A stretch of DNA of 34,160 bases from a virus (IMGVR_UViG_3300009786_000038:1-34160); one strand, 5' to 3'; counted from the stretch's first letter, positions 20,587 to 30,399 are shown. The notes: a model not told the origin generated them from the letters alone. Made by a program: numbers and translations.

Positions 20587-22455
20587 ATGGCAGTATATGG
20601 TAAATTGAGTATAAATAGACTTTCTTACGATGAATCAGGAACTATTACTGTTTTATACAGCGAGTTAAATACTGCTTATGACACAGTAGCGGTAAATATA
20701 ATAGGAGCAATACCTTCTGACGAAAGAGCATATTACGACTCAGTTAATCATAGTTGGTATTATATCGAAGATCACATGATTTTAAGGGAAACAGATTGTG
20801 TCTCATCCCAAATCAAATCCCTAAACGATATACCAGCTTCAGGAATAGCACTCCTTAGAAGATGGCTTAGTTTCATCGGATCACAAGTAGGTATTTCCCA
20901 AGAGTCCGAATTTGGGGATGACTTAATAACGGGAAACTGGAATTATGACATTACAGGTACAGGAGGTTCTAGTAATGTTTATGTTGACCAAGGTTCCGGT
21001 ATCCAAAGAGAAGAAGGATTAACACCAAGTCGAGATGTTACGCTCATCGTCCCTTCTGGTGTTACACCAGATGTACTAGGAACAATTGAATCTAATTGGC
21101 AATTAGAATTAACCCCAGAAAGACCAGGAAGAAATATAGTTCTAGAAAAAGCATGGACTTGGGAGTGGATAAGTCGACCTGTTTCAGAATATAGACAACA
21201 AACCACTACAGAATTTCTAACAACAGCCCGTATCCCTTATCCATTGGGAGAAACGCAGAATATATACTCAAATAATTATTTAAAATTAGAACGGGTATAT
21301 GCAAATGTAGCGGAAACATACTCTAGAGTTATTGACAGAGTGCCAGGAATAGCTTTACTATCACAAGAAAGAGGTAAAGTACTTGATAACAATACAATCA
21401 AAATTCTCGCTTTATCAAAAAACATGAACCTTGCTGCTTCTGTAACTCAATACCGTCTTGGAGAAGAGATGGTTTTATCAAATACAAATGAACAAAAGAA
21501 TGAAGCTGTTCGAGAACAACGATCAAATTCAAATCTTACTTGGAAGGAAATTCCAACCAATGTCTCTGCAACTAGAATGATAAGCGTAAACGACTCCTTT
21601 TCTGGAAACCCTATGTTTACACAAGGAGACGGTGGCAAAAGCGGAATAACTGTCAAACGAATTGCTGGAATTTCTACAGATGGAATTGCTGGAAACTCAA
21701 CTACGGATTTTCAAGCAGAACAATTAATTGCCCATATGACAGAATTTATATCAAGCTCTGGTGAAACAAGGTTAAAGACAAAAAAATCAAACTTAGATAT
21801 TGGATCGGTAAAATTATACAATACATCTAAAAGAGTTAAATCTAATGTATTTGCAAAAATTTCAATATCTTCTGATGTTTCTATAATTACAACAACATTC
21901 TTAACAGAAAATAATATTTTAATAGGAAAACAAAAAACAGGTTGTCTTGGGGTAGAGTCATTTGATGATTTTGGATACAACGGATGGTATGCTGGAAAAA
22001 AATCTATTATGTTTACCGAAAACATAAACGAAGACGTTGGATACAATGGATGGGACAAAGGAACAGGATTTACTTCTGGAAAGAACGAAACATTTGATCA
22101 AGGTTGGACAGCAGGGTTTAGCCCATACTCTAGAGTAGGAGAATCGGTTGTATTTGCAGAAGACCTTAGTTCTCAAACAGGTGGCTCTAAAGTTGTCTTT
22201 TCTACAACCTATACATATGTAAGGGGTACTTTACAATGTGCTTGGAACGGACAGGAACAAGTAAAAGGTGTCACTTTTACAGAAACAAGCCAGAAAACCT
22301 TTACTACTTCATTCGTACCTGGAGCCTCAGATTATCTAACTGTACAGTATGACAGATTCTACGGGACACAACCGCTAGAAGGCTTCGCAAAAACTGCCGA
22401 ACAACAATTTAATTCTATGATCGAAACAAAGATCGCTGGATTCGGAAACACATAA
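20587..22455 (+). CDS. Virion structural protein of unknown function
   Basis: 622 aa in the tail operon; C-terminal LQCAWNGQEQVKG.TFTET...P...DYLTVQY module; GYNGW repeats. Confidence 0.55.
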   Translation: MAVYGKLSINRLSYDESGTITVLYSELNTAYDTVAVNIIGAIPSDERAYYDSVNHSWYYIEDHMILRETDCVSSQIKSLNDIPASGIALLRRWLSFIGSQVGISQESEFGDDLITGNWNYDITGTGGSSNVYVDQGSGIQREEGLTPSRDVTLIVPSGVTPDVLGTIESNWQLELTPERPGRNIVLEKAWTWEWISRPVSEYRQQTTTEFLTTARIPYPLGETQNIYSNNYLKLERVYANVAETYSRVIDRVPGIALLSQERGKVLDNNTIKILALSKNMNLAASVTQYRLGEEMVLSNTNEQKNEAVREQRSNSNLTWKEIPTNVSATRMISVNDSFSGNPMFTQGDGGKSGITVKRIAGISTDGIAGNSTTDFQAEQLIAHMTEFISSSGETRLKTKKSNLDIGSVKLYNTSKRVKSNVFAKISISSDVSIITTTFLTENNILIGKQKTGCLGVESFDDFGYNGWYAGKKSIMFTENINEDVGYNGWDKGTGFTSGKNETFDQGWTAGFSPYSRVGESVVFAEDLSSQTGGSKVVFSTTYTYVRGTLQCAWNGQEQVKGVTFTETSQKTFTTSFVPGASDYLTVQYDRFYGTQPLEGFAKTAEQQFNSMIETKIAGFGNT

Positions 22456-22536
22456 AGCAATTTACTTGTCAAAAACAAGCTTAAAACATAAAAAACTCCA
22501 AACAAGATATTTTCCACTCCAGATACGGATAGCTGG

Positions 22537-22565
22537 TTTTCATCTGACAATTATCTGTATATAAT
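22537..22565 (+). promoter_or_regulatory. Possible promoter for the fibre gene
   Basis: TTTTCA-N17-TATAAT in a 160-bp intergenic gap. Confidence 0.35.
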
Positions 22566-22614
22566 AAGATGAAATAATTATCAATGAAGCGAAATCTTAC
22601 GGGGAATTCTTATT

Positions 22615-24666
22615 ATGCCTATTCAGTTTACTACAACTCAGATCAAAGACGCGGCTATTACAGCAGCAAAGATTGATACATCTGGTACTTTTACCTTTAC
22701 ATCTGGAATTGTTGAGGTTGCAGACATTACTTCTGGATCTGGAGCGAATTATGCTGCACCAAAATCATATGTAGACAGTGTTGCAAATGGGCTGTTTTGG
22801 AAAGATGCGGTATCAGCGTCATCCGAAGCAAATATTGTAGGAACTTATACCAATGGGGTTCTTGGAGTAGGGGCCGCGCTCGCTCTCACTGGTGCTGGTG
22901 CTTTGGTCTTGGATGATATTACGGTAACTGCTGGACAACGAGTTCTGGTCAAAGACCAAACAACTTCGTTTCAGAACGGGATCTATACCCTCTCAACAGA
23001 TGGATCTGCTCTTGGAGCCTCTGGTACTATTACCATGATTGCTCCTAACACTATGACAGCAGGAGTGAAAGGTAAATATACAGCCACAGTAGTGACCTTT
23101 GGCAGCATCACAGGGGCAGTAGCTCCAGCAGGAACAATAACAGTCGCTAACTCAAATAATATCCAAGCTAGTGATACGATACGAGTCATAATCCAAGGTG
23201 GAGGAAATGTAGATTTTGTCGAAGGAAGCGGTGGTGGACAATGGGCAAAAGTAACAGATAATAACAATCAGACTGCGAACAATATTGCCTCTGTAATTAA
23301 CACTAACGTAAATTTTGCCGCAGTAGCAGTTGGGGCTGTGGTCACAGTTACCTACCCTTCCAAGGGAACGACGGGAAATGCTAATGCCATCACCCAAAGT
23401 TCAGGGTCAGGTACGGGACTGACTTTCGGTGCCTTCGCTGGTGGGGTAATCGGTCATACCTTGACAATCGACAATAAGAGCGATGTGGCTAAGGTCTTCA
23501 CCTTCGTCCCTAACGGTACGAGTCCTGGTTCATTTGAAATACAAAAAGGAATCGATAACAATGGGACTGCTGCAAATATGGCGCGAGATATTGCCCTACA
23601 AGTAGACTTCCAAACAAGTGGTACTGGTGCCGTAAGAGATATTTGGGCTTCTACGACGGGGCCTCCGACAGGTACTCCATCTATAGCGACTACTTCTACG
23701 GGGAATATAACATTCTCCTCTGCTAATATGACAACAGGTACAGTTGGCGATGTAATTACGATCCAAAATGCGGGTGGAGCAAGTAGTGTCTTCTCTGCTG
23801 TTGCGAGTGTTCCAGGTGCAGATGGAGATCAGTTCAATGCTGGAGCAGGGACCAACGCAGCAGGTTCCGCATCATCATTATCGACCCGTATTAATGCGAA
23901 TAGTAACTTTTCAGCTTCGGTAAATGGTGCTGCTCCGACTTCTCTAACTGTTACCCAAGCAGTGACGGGAACAACAGGTAACGGTAGAACTATTACTTCC
24001 GCTATTCCTGTTGGGGAAGCAACATTTGTCAACTTCGCTAATGGACAGGTTGCAGGGAATGGAACGCTGACACGTTCAACTGATATGGATGTTGCGATTG
24101 AGTTTCCTTCTGCTGCCGTATTTGTCAAAGCAGGAACTGATCTTGGCGATACGGGTTGGGTCTGTACTAACGATAGTGATCCAGTGATCGGAACCACAGC
24201 TATTGCTTTTGTGCAGGTTACAGGAGCAGGTCATCTTACTGCTGGAAATGGTATCTCTATCGCTGGAAACACTGTCTCTGTTAATTTAGATGGCGATTCA
24301 TTACTTGTTGGTGTTGGTGGTCTGAAGATCAATGTTAATGGTGTTGATACAAACGAACTTGCTGCTGATGCCGTTGAGATCGAACAAGCAGGGTGGAGAT
24401 GGAAGAGTAAAGTCGCAGTAGTCGGTGATACAACAACCAACTCAATAGCGGTTGATGCTGATACCGATAATGCTGGATTTCAAGGACCAGAATCGGTTTT
24501 CGTTTTCCGAAATGGTCAGACCATGCTTCCCGATGCAGCAACAACCGCAGGATCAGGTACTCTTAGCGGTAAATACGGTGTCACAATTGCTTCTAATCGA
24601 ATAACTGTTGTCTTTGATGGCTACCTTGGTAATGGGGATCAAATGGAAGTTCGTTATATGATATAG
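22615..24666 (+). CDS. Tail/head fibre-like protein
   Basis: APKSYVD..ANGLFWK..V, G.RVLVKDQT...QNGIY, TRSTDMD...VFVKAGT...TGWV, TAGNGISIAGN motifs; Gly/Ala/Thr-rich. Confidence 0.7.
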   Translation: MPIQFTTTQIKDAAITAAKIDTSGTFTFTSGIVEVADITSGSGANYAAPKSYVDSVANGLFWKDAVSASSEANIVGTYTNGVLGVGAALALTGAGALVLDDITVTAGQRVLVKDQTTSFQNGIYTLSTDGSALGASGTITMIAPNTMTAGVKGKYTATVVTFGSITGAVAPAGTITVANSNNIQASDTIRVIIQGGGNVDFVEGSGGGQWAKVTDNNNQTANNIASVINTNVNFAAVAVGAVVTVTYPSKGTTGNANAITQSSGSGTGLTFGAFAGGVIGHTLTIDNKSDVAKVFTFVPNGTSPGSFEIQKGIDNNGTAANMARDIALQVDFQTSGTGAVRDIWASTTGPPTGTPSIATTSTGNITFSSANMTTGTVGDVITIQNAGGASSVFSAVASVPGADGDQFNAGAGTNAAGSASSLSTRINANSNFSASVNGAAPTSLTVTQAVTGTTGNGRTITSAIPVGEATFVNFANGQVAGNGTLTRSTDMDVAIEFPSAAVFVKAGTDLGDTGWVCTNDSDPVIGTTAIAFVQVTGAGHLTAGNGISIAGNTVSVNLDGDSLLVGVGGLKINVNGVDTNELAADAVEIEQAGWRWKSKVAVVGDTTTNSIAVDADTDNAGFQGPESVFVFRNGQTMLPDAATTAGSGTLSGKYGVTIASNRITVVFDGYLGNGDQMEVRYMI

Positions 24667-24694
24667 ACTGAACACTATATAATTGAAACAAATT

Positions 24695-24728
24695 CCCTCT
24701 CTTGTTATTTTACAAGAGGGGGATTTTT
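24695..24728 (+). terminator. Rho-independent terminator overlapping the next gene's RBS
   Basis: CCCTCTCTTGT-TATTTT-ACAAGAGGGGG then ATTTTT. Confidence 0.65.
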
Positions 24729-25043
24729 ATGTTTATATGCTATGTAAGGTTTGGAGAAGAAACAGTTCCACTTGTCTGTGAAGAGATAGAACAATCCTCT
24801 TTATTAGATAATCATATTGTTTTAAAAGGAACCAAAATGATAGAAGACAATTTCCTACCTATTTTAGATATTAAGGAAATGTCTATTCCTAAAGAACAAA
24901 TAGAATACTATGTTTCTGGTGGATTAAAAAAAGAAAGCGAAGGACTCTTTGAAGCTTTAGAACGCTCTAGAAAGAGAAAACAACAAGAAACGAAAGAAAA
25001 AGGAAAAGTTGAAGAATTTATAGAAAAGAAAAAAGAAGTTTAA
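24729..25043 (+). CDS. Hypothetical protein with charged C-terminus
   Basis: ATG 24729 preceded by GAGGGGG; open to TAA 25043. Confidence 0.65.
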   Translation: MFICYVRFGEETVPLVCEEIEQSSLLDNHIVLKGTKMIEDNFLPILDIKEMSIPKEQIEYYVSGGLKKESEGLFEALERSRKRKQQETKEKGKVEEFIEKKKEV

Positions 25044-25059
25044 AAGCCACGCAAGAGAA

Positions 25060-25090
25060 ACAAAAGATAGGGGGAACCACCCCCCTATCT
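25060..25090 (-). terminator. Rho-independent terminator between convergent genes
   Basis: Perfect 10-bp stem AGATAGGGGG/CCCCCTATCT with the U-run on the minus strand. Confidence 0.7.
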
Positions 25091-25252
25091 AAACATCACA
25101 AAAAAGATCAACAGATCTATGGAACAAATTGTTTGTAATTACACGATAACATATAATTCATTTTCAAAAAAATATTTCGTGGCACCCACGTACATTTTTA
25201 TTGTACATACCGTTTAAATAAAAAACATATTACATTCGCTATATATTTGTTA

Positions 25253-25627
25253 TTAATGTACCTTCTCGTATTTCTTTATACATTCAATTAAGACCCCAAC
25301 ACTGGCTTGTACCCTGGTGTCATACAGCCATATCTTACACCACTCAGAATAACTTATCTCACAGTGTGTCGATAATGGGCAGAAGTAAAGTTCTTGTTTT
25401 TTGAATTTAATACCCAAACATGGAGCTTTATTTATTTCAACAATTCCGCTATAGGTATCTTTTATGCGATGTACTATAAAATCAACTTCTTTCGGGAGTT
25501 TATAGTTTTCCAATAGCCAGGAAACCAAAATACTTTGCTCATCGAATTTCGTTAATATAGAAGAGGAATAAACACCACGCTGTAAAATGCAGTTAAAATT
25601 AAAGCTTTGTTCTATTATCTTTATCAT
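25253..25627 (-). CDS. Hypothetical protein
   Basis: 124-aa ORF in a gap with no competing ORF. Confidence 0.55.
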   Translation of the reverse strand: MIKIIEQSFNFNCILQRGVYSSSILTKFDEQSILVSWLLENYKLPKEVDFIVHRIKDTYSGIVEINKAPCLGIKFKKQELYFCPLSTHCEISYSEWCKIWLYDTRVQASVGVLIECIKKYEKVH

Positions 25628-25754
25628 TAGTTACGAAACTTTCTGTAGCAATCACACCATTATATTTATCAACAATATAACCAATTAAAACTTTCATAGG
25701 TTCATATCTGTGGTTTAAAGAAGTAAATTGCATTACCATGAAGGCATATCTTGA

Positions 25755-27425
25755 TTGAAGGTAAAAATGATTGATAACTATAAAAGCGTATTGGCCGAAA
25801 CCTGTTCCCGATTTCCATTGATCGGACAAGCTCTCATGTACCACAAAAATACAAGAGGGCAACCAATGATCTTTAAAGATATGCCATACCTCGCTCCTAT
25901 GTATAGGGATATTCCAAACTTAGATAATGTTGCCATACGAAAAGCGGTACAAACAGGACTGTCTGAACTCTTTATATGCCTCACACTTTGGCATAGTGGA
26001 TGGAAAGGCAAAATAGTCGCCTATATCTTACCTACATTCTCTGTTCGGGACCGTTTCGTCAATCAACGCATAAACAAAATAATAATGGGAACCAAGGAAT
26101 ATAGACAGCTAATTCCAAGAGGCAGGGATTTAGGAAACAACCGAATGAAAAGATTCGGTAGCGGTTCTATTCTGTTTCTAGGCTCTAATACAACCGGAGA
26201 CTTCGTTGAATTCTCTGCCGATACAATCATCGTAGACGAAATAGACCAATGCGATTCCGATAACCTTGCTAAAGCTAAAGACAGAATTCGAGCATCGGAA
26301 GACCCGCGTATATATAGGCTCGGAAACCCCACTCTGCCAACTATAGGCATATCTAGAATATACATGGGCACAGACCAAAGAACATGGTTTACTAAATGCC
26401 CACATTGCAATTTTTGGCAAAACCTAGATTGGTTCCAAAATATTGTGCAGAAAAATGATTTGGGCGATTGGCTACCAAAAGACCCTTTTGCCAAAGATAA
26501 AGTAATACTCGGCAAAATCGACACGTTTAAAGAAAAGGTACAAGCAGTATGCGCTAAATGCGAAAGACCTTTTCAACGACAAGACCACGGAGAATGGGTC
26601 GCCAAATTCCCTTCAAAAGATACCGCTGGATACTCTATGTCTAGACTAGATATTCTCTCACAAAACTTGTCCGAACTTTACGTCGAATGGATTCTCGCAC
26701 AAGGAAATACTAGCCGCATCTCTACTTTCTATACCTCGGTCCTAGGGATGCCGTTCGAGTACGCTGGGGCTAGAATAACTTCCGAAATGATCTATAACTG
26801 CCAAGGGAACTACAACCTAGACTATGGAGGAAGCGATGACTATAAAAACGAAATCATCTCAATGGGAGTTGATGTTGGCTCACTTCTTAATGTCACAGTA
26901 TCTAAAACTATCGAAAAAGACGGGGAAGCCATTAGGCAAACTCTGCTCATTATGACCGTCCGTAAATTCTCCGAACTACAAGATATTATCTCTAGATTCC
27001 ATGTGGACGTATGCGTAATCGACTCTATGCCTGAAACTAGAAAATCTCAGGAACTAAGAGATTGGGGAACATCTATCGGAATATACGTCTGGTTATGCCG
27101 ATTCTATCCTACACCAAGAATAGGAAACCAAAAATACGGACGAAAACTTAACTGGAGAGATAGGGTAATCACAGTCGATAGAACGCAAATTATGGACGCT
27201 ACTTTCGATGAAATTAGATACACCAAAAGAGAAATACCAAAAGACGTAAATACTATCCTCGGATACCACGAACAAATGAAAGCTCCCGTTAGAATTCTCG
27301 ATGAACAAAAATCTAGAATAATATGGGCCGAAGGCTCGGCTGCTGACCACTTTAGATTCTCTGATGTATACGATAGAGCAGCATTCGATCTATGCTCTAT
27401 GACAGGAACTTTCAGCAGTTTTTAA
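25755..27425 (+). CDS. terL: Terminase large subunit (lambda gpA-like)
   Basis: Deviant Walker A RKAVQTGLSE, Walker B IIVDEID, GNPT coupling motif, CPHC/CAKC Zn site, nuclease MGVDVG, VIDSMP, ADHF; start may be ATG 25767. Confidence 0.92.
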   Translation: MKVKMIDNYKSVLAETCSRFPLIGQALMYHKNTRGQPMIFKDMPYLAPMYRDIPNLDNVAIRKAVQTGLSELFICLTLWHSGWKGKIVAYILPTFSVRDRFVNQRINKIIMGTKEYRQLIPRGRDLGNNRMKRFGSGSILFLGSNTTGDFVEFSADTIIVDEIDQCDSDNLAKAKDRIRASEDPRIYRLGNPTLPTIGISRIYMGTDQRTWFTKCPHCNFWQNLDWFQNIVQKNDLGDWLPKDPFAKDKVILGKIDTFKEKVQAVCAKCERPFQRQDHGEWVAKFPSKDTAGYSMSRLDILSQNLSELYVEWILAQGNTSRISTFYTSVLGMPFEYAGARITSEMIYNCQGNYNLDYGGSDDYKNEIISMGVDVGSLLNVTVSKTIEKDGEAIRQTLLIMTVRKFSELQDIISRFHVDVCVIDSMPETRKSQELRDWGTSIGIYVWLCRFYPTPRIGNQKYGRKLNWRDRVITVDRTQIMDATFDEIRYTKREIPKDVNTILGYHEQMKAPVRILDEQKSRIIWAEGSAADHFRFSDVYDRAAFDLCSMTGTFSSF

Positions 27426-27691
27426 CTTTCTGAAACAGAAGGGCGAACCAACACCCTCGGCAATCCCTCTTCACTCACTATATTACATACCTCTATCAAA
27501 TCTGATCGCTCTAACTCTACTGTGATTGATGCATAACTACAACTACTACAACTACGATGACGTACTACAAAATCTTCCGTATACCAAGACAACAACTCCG
27601 TTATCATACTACGCAAATATAACCGAGATGTGTCTCCATTTGATGCCGTGTTTATTACATGCCATTTGTTTCCGCATTTTGGACATTTCAT
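27422..27691 (-). CDS. NrdR-N-like zinc-ribbon protein
   Basis: MKCPKCG....VINT ... VRHRSCSSC....TVE; no ATP-cone. Confidence 0.7.
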   Translation of the reverse strand: MKCPKCGNKWHVINTASNGDTSRLYLRSMITELLSWYTEDFVVRHRSCSSCSYASITVELERSDLIEVCNIVSEEGLPRVLVRPSVSES

Positions 27692-27820
27692 AGAATTTCC
27701 TCAATACAATATAACTAATTAACCCCATCATTGACACTACCGTAATTTTTACAGAAATAAAACGGAAGGTAAGAACATGGGCTATAAAAAAAAATTTATT
27801 CGGGGATAGGGGGGGGGGCA

Positions 27821-27853
27821 GGATCGGATCTGCCTTTGAGATCCGATCCTTTT
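27821..27853. terminator. Perfect 11-bp hairpin after the 27864 stop
   Basis: GGATCGGATCT-GCCTTTG-AGATCCGATCC, followed by TTTT on + and flanked by a G-run. Confidence 0.55.
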
Positions 27854-27863
27854 GATCCAATTC

Positions 27864-28751
27864 TCACATGAATTTTTTGCCGTTATTCCATTCGGAATCC
27901 TTTGCTTGAACACATGCGATTAGCTTCTTTGCCTTTGCGTTCAAATTGCCATCAACGGAGAATTGAGAGGAGGCGATCATAATAGCTAACATTTCATCAT
28001 CGGATATCTCACATATCCAATATCCCACGAACGGAATCACAAAGATAACGAGCCCATTCGCTAACAGGCTTTGTCCTGTAGCATAAGAGAAGCCGCAATC
28101 CGTTGCTCCGTGCTTGAAAAAGCTTGACGTATGGCCAGCACGATGTGAGGGACATCCAACGTCACAAAGCAATTTTCCTGTATCCTTTTTGTGATCTGCT
28201 ATCATTTTTGGGGAAGGGAAATAAATGTCTTTTTGTTCTATCTCTGTTTTCCCTTGGATCATATGTCCACATGGCTTTTTCCCCATGGATTGGCCAACAC
28301 GATCAGCGGCCATGATAGCGTCAAGCATAGCCGAAAATGTAACGACATTTCCCGTATGATCGCTATTCTCAAAAATGTAATTACGGCTATTCTTTTTCGT
28401 CTTTGAAGGCTTATATCCGTAATCAAAATCTGTGGAACGAACGAGAGCGTGGGCAAATGTTACATTTTTGAAATCTGCATATGTATTTTCCGATGCTCCT
28501 TTGATGAAATCGGCACGGAGATTCCAGCCTGTTGCTTTTTGTGTTTGTGCGTCTTTCTTTGTGATCTTCAATTCAAAAAGCACGGAAAGCATATCCGGAC
28601 GATTCATTTTTCCAAATGACAAAGCCAGATCAGCATCTTGTTGTTGTGCGAGATTGTGAATAATCTTCTTTGTGATGCTACGTGTCTTCGTTGCTTTTTC
28701 GATTCCCATATTGAGAACATCTGAAAGGCTTATTTGATTTCCGTTTGACAT
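27864..28751 (-). CDS. Hypothetical protein (~295 aa)
   Basis: Long ORF; ATG 28751 has the same GGAAAATAAA-ATG type leader as the cassette genes; family not recognised. Confidence 0.75.
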   Translation of the reverse strand: MSNGNQISLSDVLNMGIEKATKTRSITKKIIHNLAQQQDADLALSFGKMNRPDMLSVLFELKITKKDAQTQKATGWNLRADFIKGASENTYADFKNVTFAHALVRSTDFDYGYKPSKTKKNSRNYIFENSDHTGNVVTFSAMLDAIMAADRVGQSMGKKPCGHMIQGKTEIEQKDIYFPSPKMIADHKKDTGKLLCDVGCPSHRAGHTSSFFKHGATDCGFSYATGQSLLANGLVIFVIPFVGYWICEISDDEMLAIMIASSQFSVDGNLNAKAKKLIACVQAKDSEWNNGKKFM

Positions 28752-29024
28752 TTTATTTTCCATTTTTGAAGCTACAGAACAGGATTGTTCTTGCCTTTGA
28801 ATGATAGCCTTTCCGTTTGTTAAATCCACAAAAAAGCGACAATTGGACGTTTATTTATTTGAACATATCGCAAATTAGAGAGCTATACAGCGATTAAGCA
28901 TTTGATCAAATAACAAAAAGAATGATCGCCTATAAAATAAAAGGAATTGCGCACACGTATTCATCGAATTTAAAAATAAGCAATAAAAAAATGAAATAAA
29001 ATTATTGTCGTTATTTCTTTAAAT

Positions 29025-29204
29025 GTTGTCTTTGTCAATAGATAGATCTTTGATGTCTTTTACAGATAGCGTTTAAACGTCCGTATTTGCGCTTTAAGCT
29101 ATGTTTAAACAATTAGGGATATGTTGCCCCATTGAAAGGCTTTAGCTCTTTTTGTATAGCAGCACAGCGATTAGAAGATAATTGGATCTATTGACAAGAC
29201 AACA
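29025..29204. repeat. Inverted repeat pair (~19 bp arms)
   Basis: GTTGTCTTTGTCAATAGAT (29025) versus ATCTATTGACAAGACAAC (~29187); two GTTTAAAC palindromes in between. Confidence 0.6.
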
Positions 29205-29304
29205 GATAATTGTAGCACATGCAATTATCATGCCTTTAATTTGCTGAATGAACAATTGATCTATTGTCGTCAAATCCCCGAATTGACAAATAATCAATTC
29301 AGAT

Positions 29305-29450
29305 CAAATAAAATTATCTTTTTATTGCACATTCTAAAATTCGATGATTTCAAAAATGAATATTTATTTTTGTTGAACATTATAAAATTCGATGATTTCA
29401 AAAATAAATATTTATCTTTATTGCACATTCATAAATTCGATGATTGTTGA
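29305..29450. repeat. 3 x 48-bp AT-rich tandem repeat (iteron-like)
   Basis: AAATTCGATGATT at 29337, 29385 and 29433. Confidence 0.8.
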
Positions 29451-29528
29451 AAATGAAATTTATTTTGAAAATAAAATTATTTTTTTGTTGATTGTTCAAA
29501 ACGGCAATGATACAATGTACACAGCATC

Positions 29529-29678
<150 letters not shown>

Positions 29679-29778
29679 AAACTAATTATTATTTTCCCCC
29701 TATATAAATAGTGTCTGCTTAATTCTGTCGGCTGAATTCCGTAGGCTGAATTCTGAACGTTGAATTCTGAACAAAAGA

Positions 29779-29803
29779 AAAAAGGCTGAACAAACAGCTA
29801 TTG
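29779..29803 (-). terminator. Terminator, cassette-family type
   Basis: AAAAAGGCTG-AACAAA-CAGCTATTG on +; resembles 29990 and 31332. Confidence 0.45.
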
Positions 29804-29989
29804 CGATAATGTTGAACACTAGTGGCTAAAAGCAAACAGACACTATTATGTTGTTTCGATGGATAGCGTTGGAACGTCCAGGGATAGTCTCACGTAGCCC
29901 CTCCTGACACTAACGTTGAATTCTGAACGCTCTAGTTGTTCCGCTTAATTCTGTTCAGATAATCAATAGCCACTAGTGACAAGAAACAG

Positions 29990-30023
29990 GCAAACAAAAA
30001 GCCGACAAAACACATCGGCTATT
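29990..30023 (-). terminator. Rho-independent terminator of cassette 30040..30375
   Basis: AGCCGA...TCGGCT stem with the U-run on the minus strand. Confidence 0.7.
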
Positions 30024-30039
30024 GTTAAAATCTTGAAAT

Positions 30040-30375
30040 CTATTTTTCCCAAATAATAACAAATGGGCTTTCAAAATTATTTTCGTCTTTGCTTCTATTC
30101 ATAATTATTTGAACAACGTCTTTGCCTTTTGCGATCAAAAGCAATCCATCAATAACAAGACAACGATCAGGATCATATTTATTGGGAATTGAAAGAATAG
30201 GCAAAAGCTTATCAATATTTTTATGATTCAATTTCGTAGCTCCTAACAAAGCAATAGAATTGCCATTGTAAGGCGCAATTTGAACATTTTTTAATTGTTC
30301 TAATAAATCGGATTTTCCCCATGAATGATCTTCAAGCTTATCGAAAGCGGATTGTGGAATATTTACGTTGTACAT
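30040..30375 (-). CDS. Hypothetical cassette protein
   Basis: 111 aa; AAGGA RBS; own promoter copy and terminator. Confidence 0.8.
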   Translation of the reverse strand: MYNVNIPQSAFDKLEDHSWGKSDLLEQLKNVQIAPYNGNSIALLGATKLNHKNIDKLLPILSIPNKYDPDRCLVIDGLLLIAKGKDVVQIIMNRSKDENNFESPFVIIWEK

Positions 30376-30399
30376 TTTATTTCCTTTTGTGCGTGTTTA

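Noticed and set aside
1494-24666. Diversity-generating retroelement or invertible fibre system
   Set aside because: No reverse transcriptase or invertase, and no TR/VR-like near-identical nucleotide pair was seen; paralog similarity is mainly at protein level
25599-25862. Minus-strand 87-aa ORF
   Set aside because: Overlaps the terL start; only its last ~46 codons could be a real small gene and there is no supporting signal
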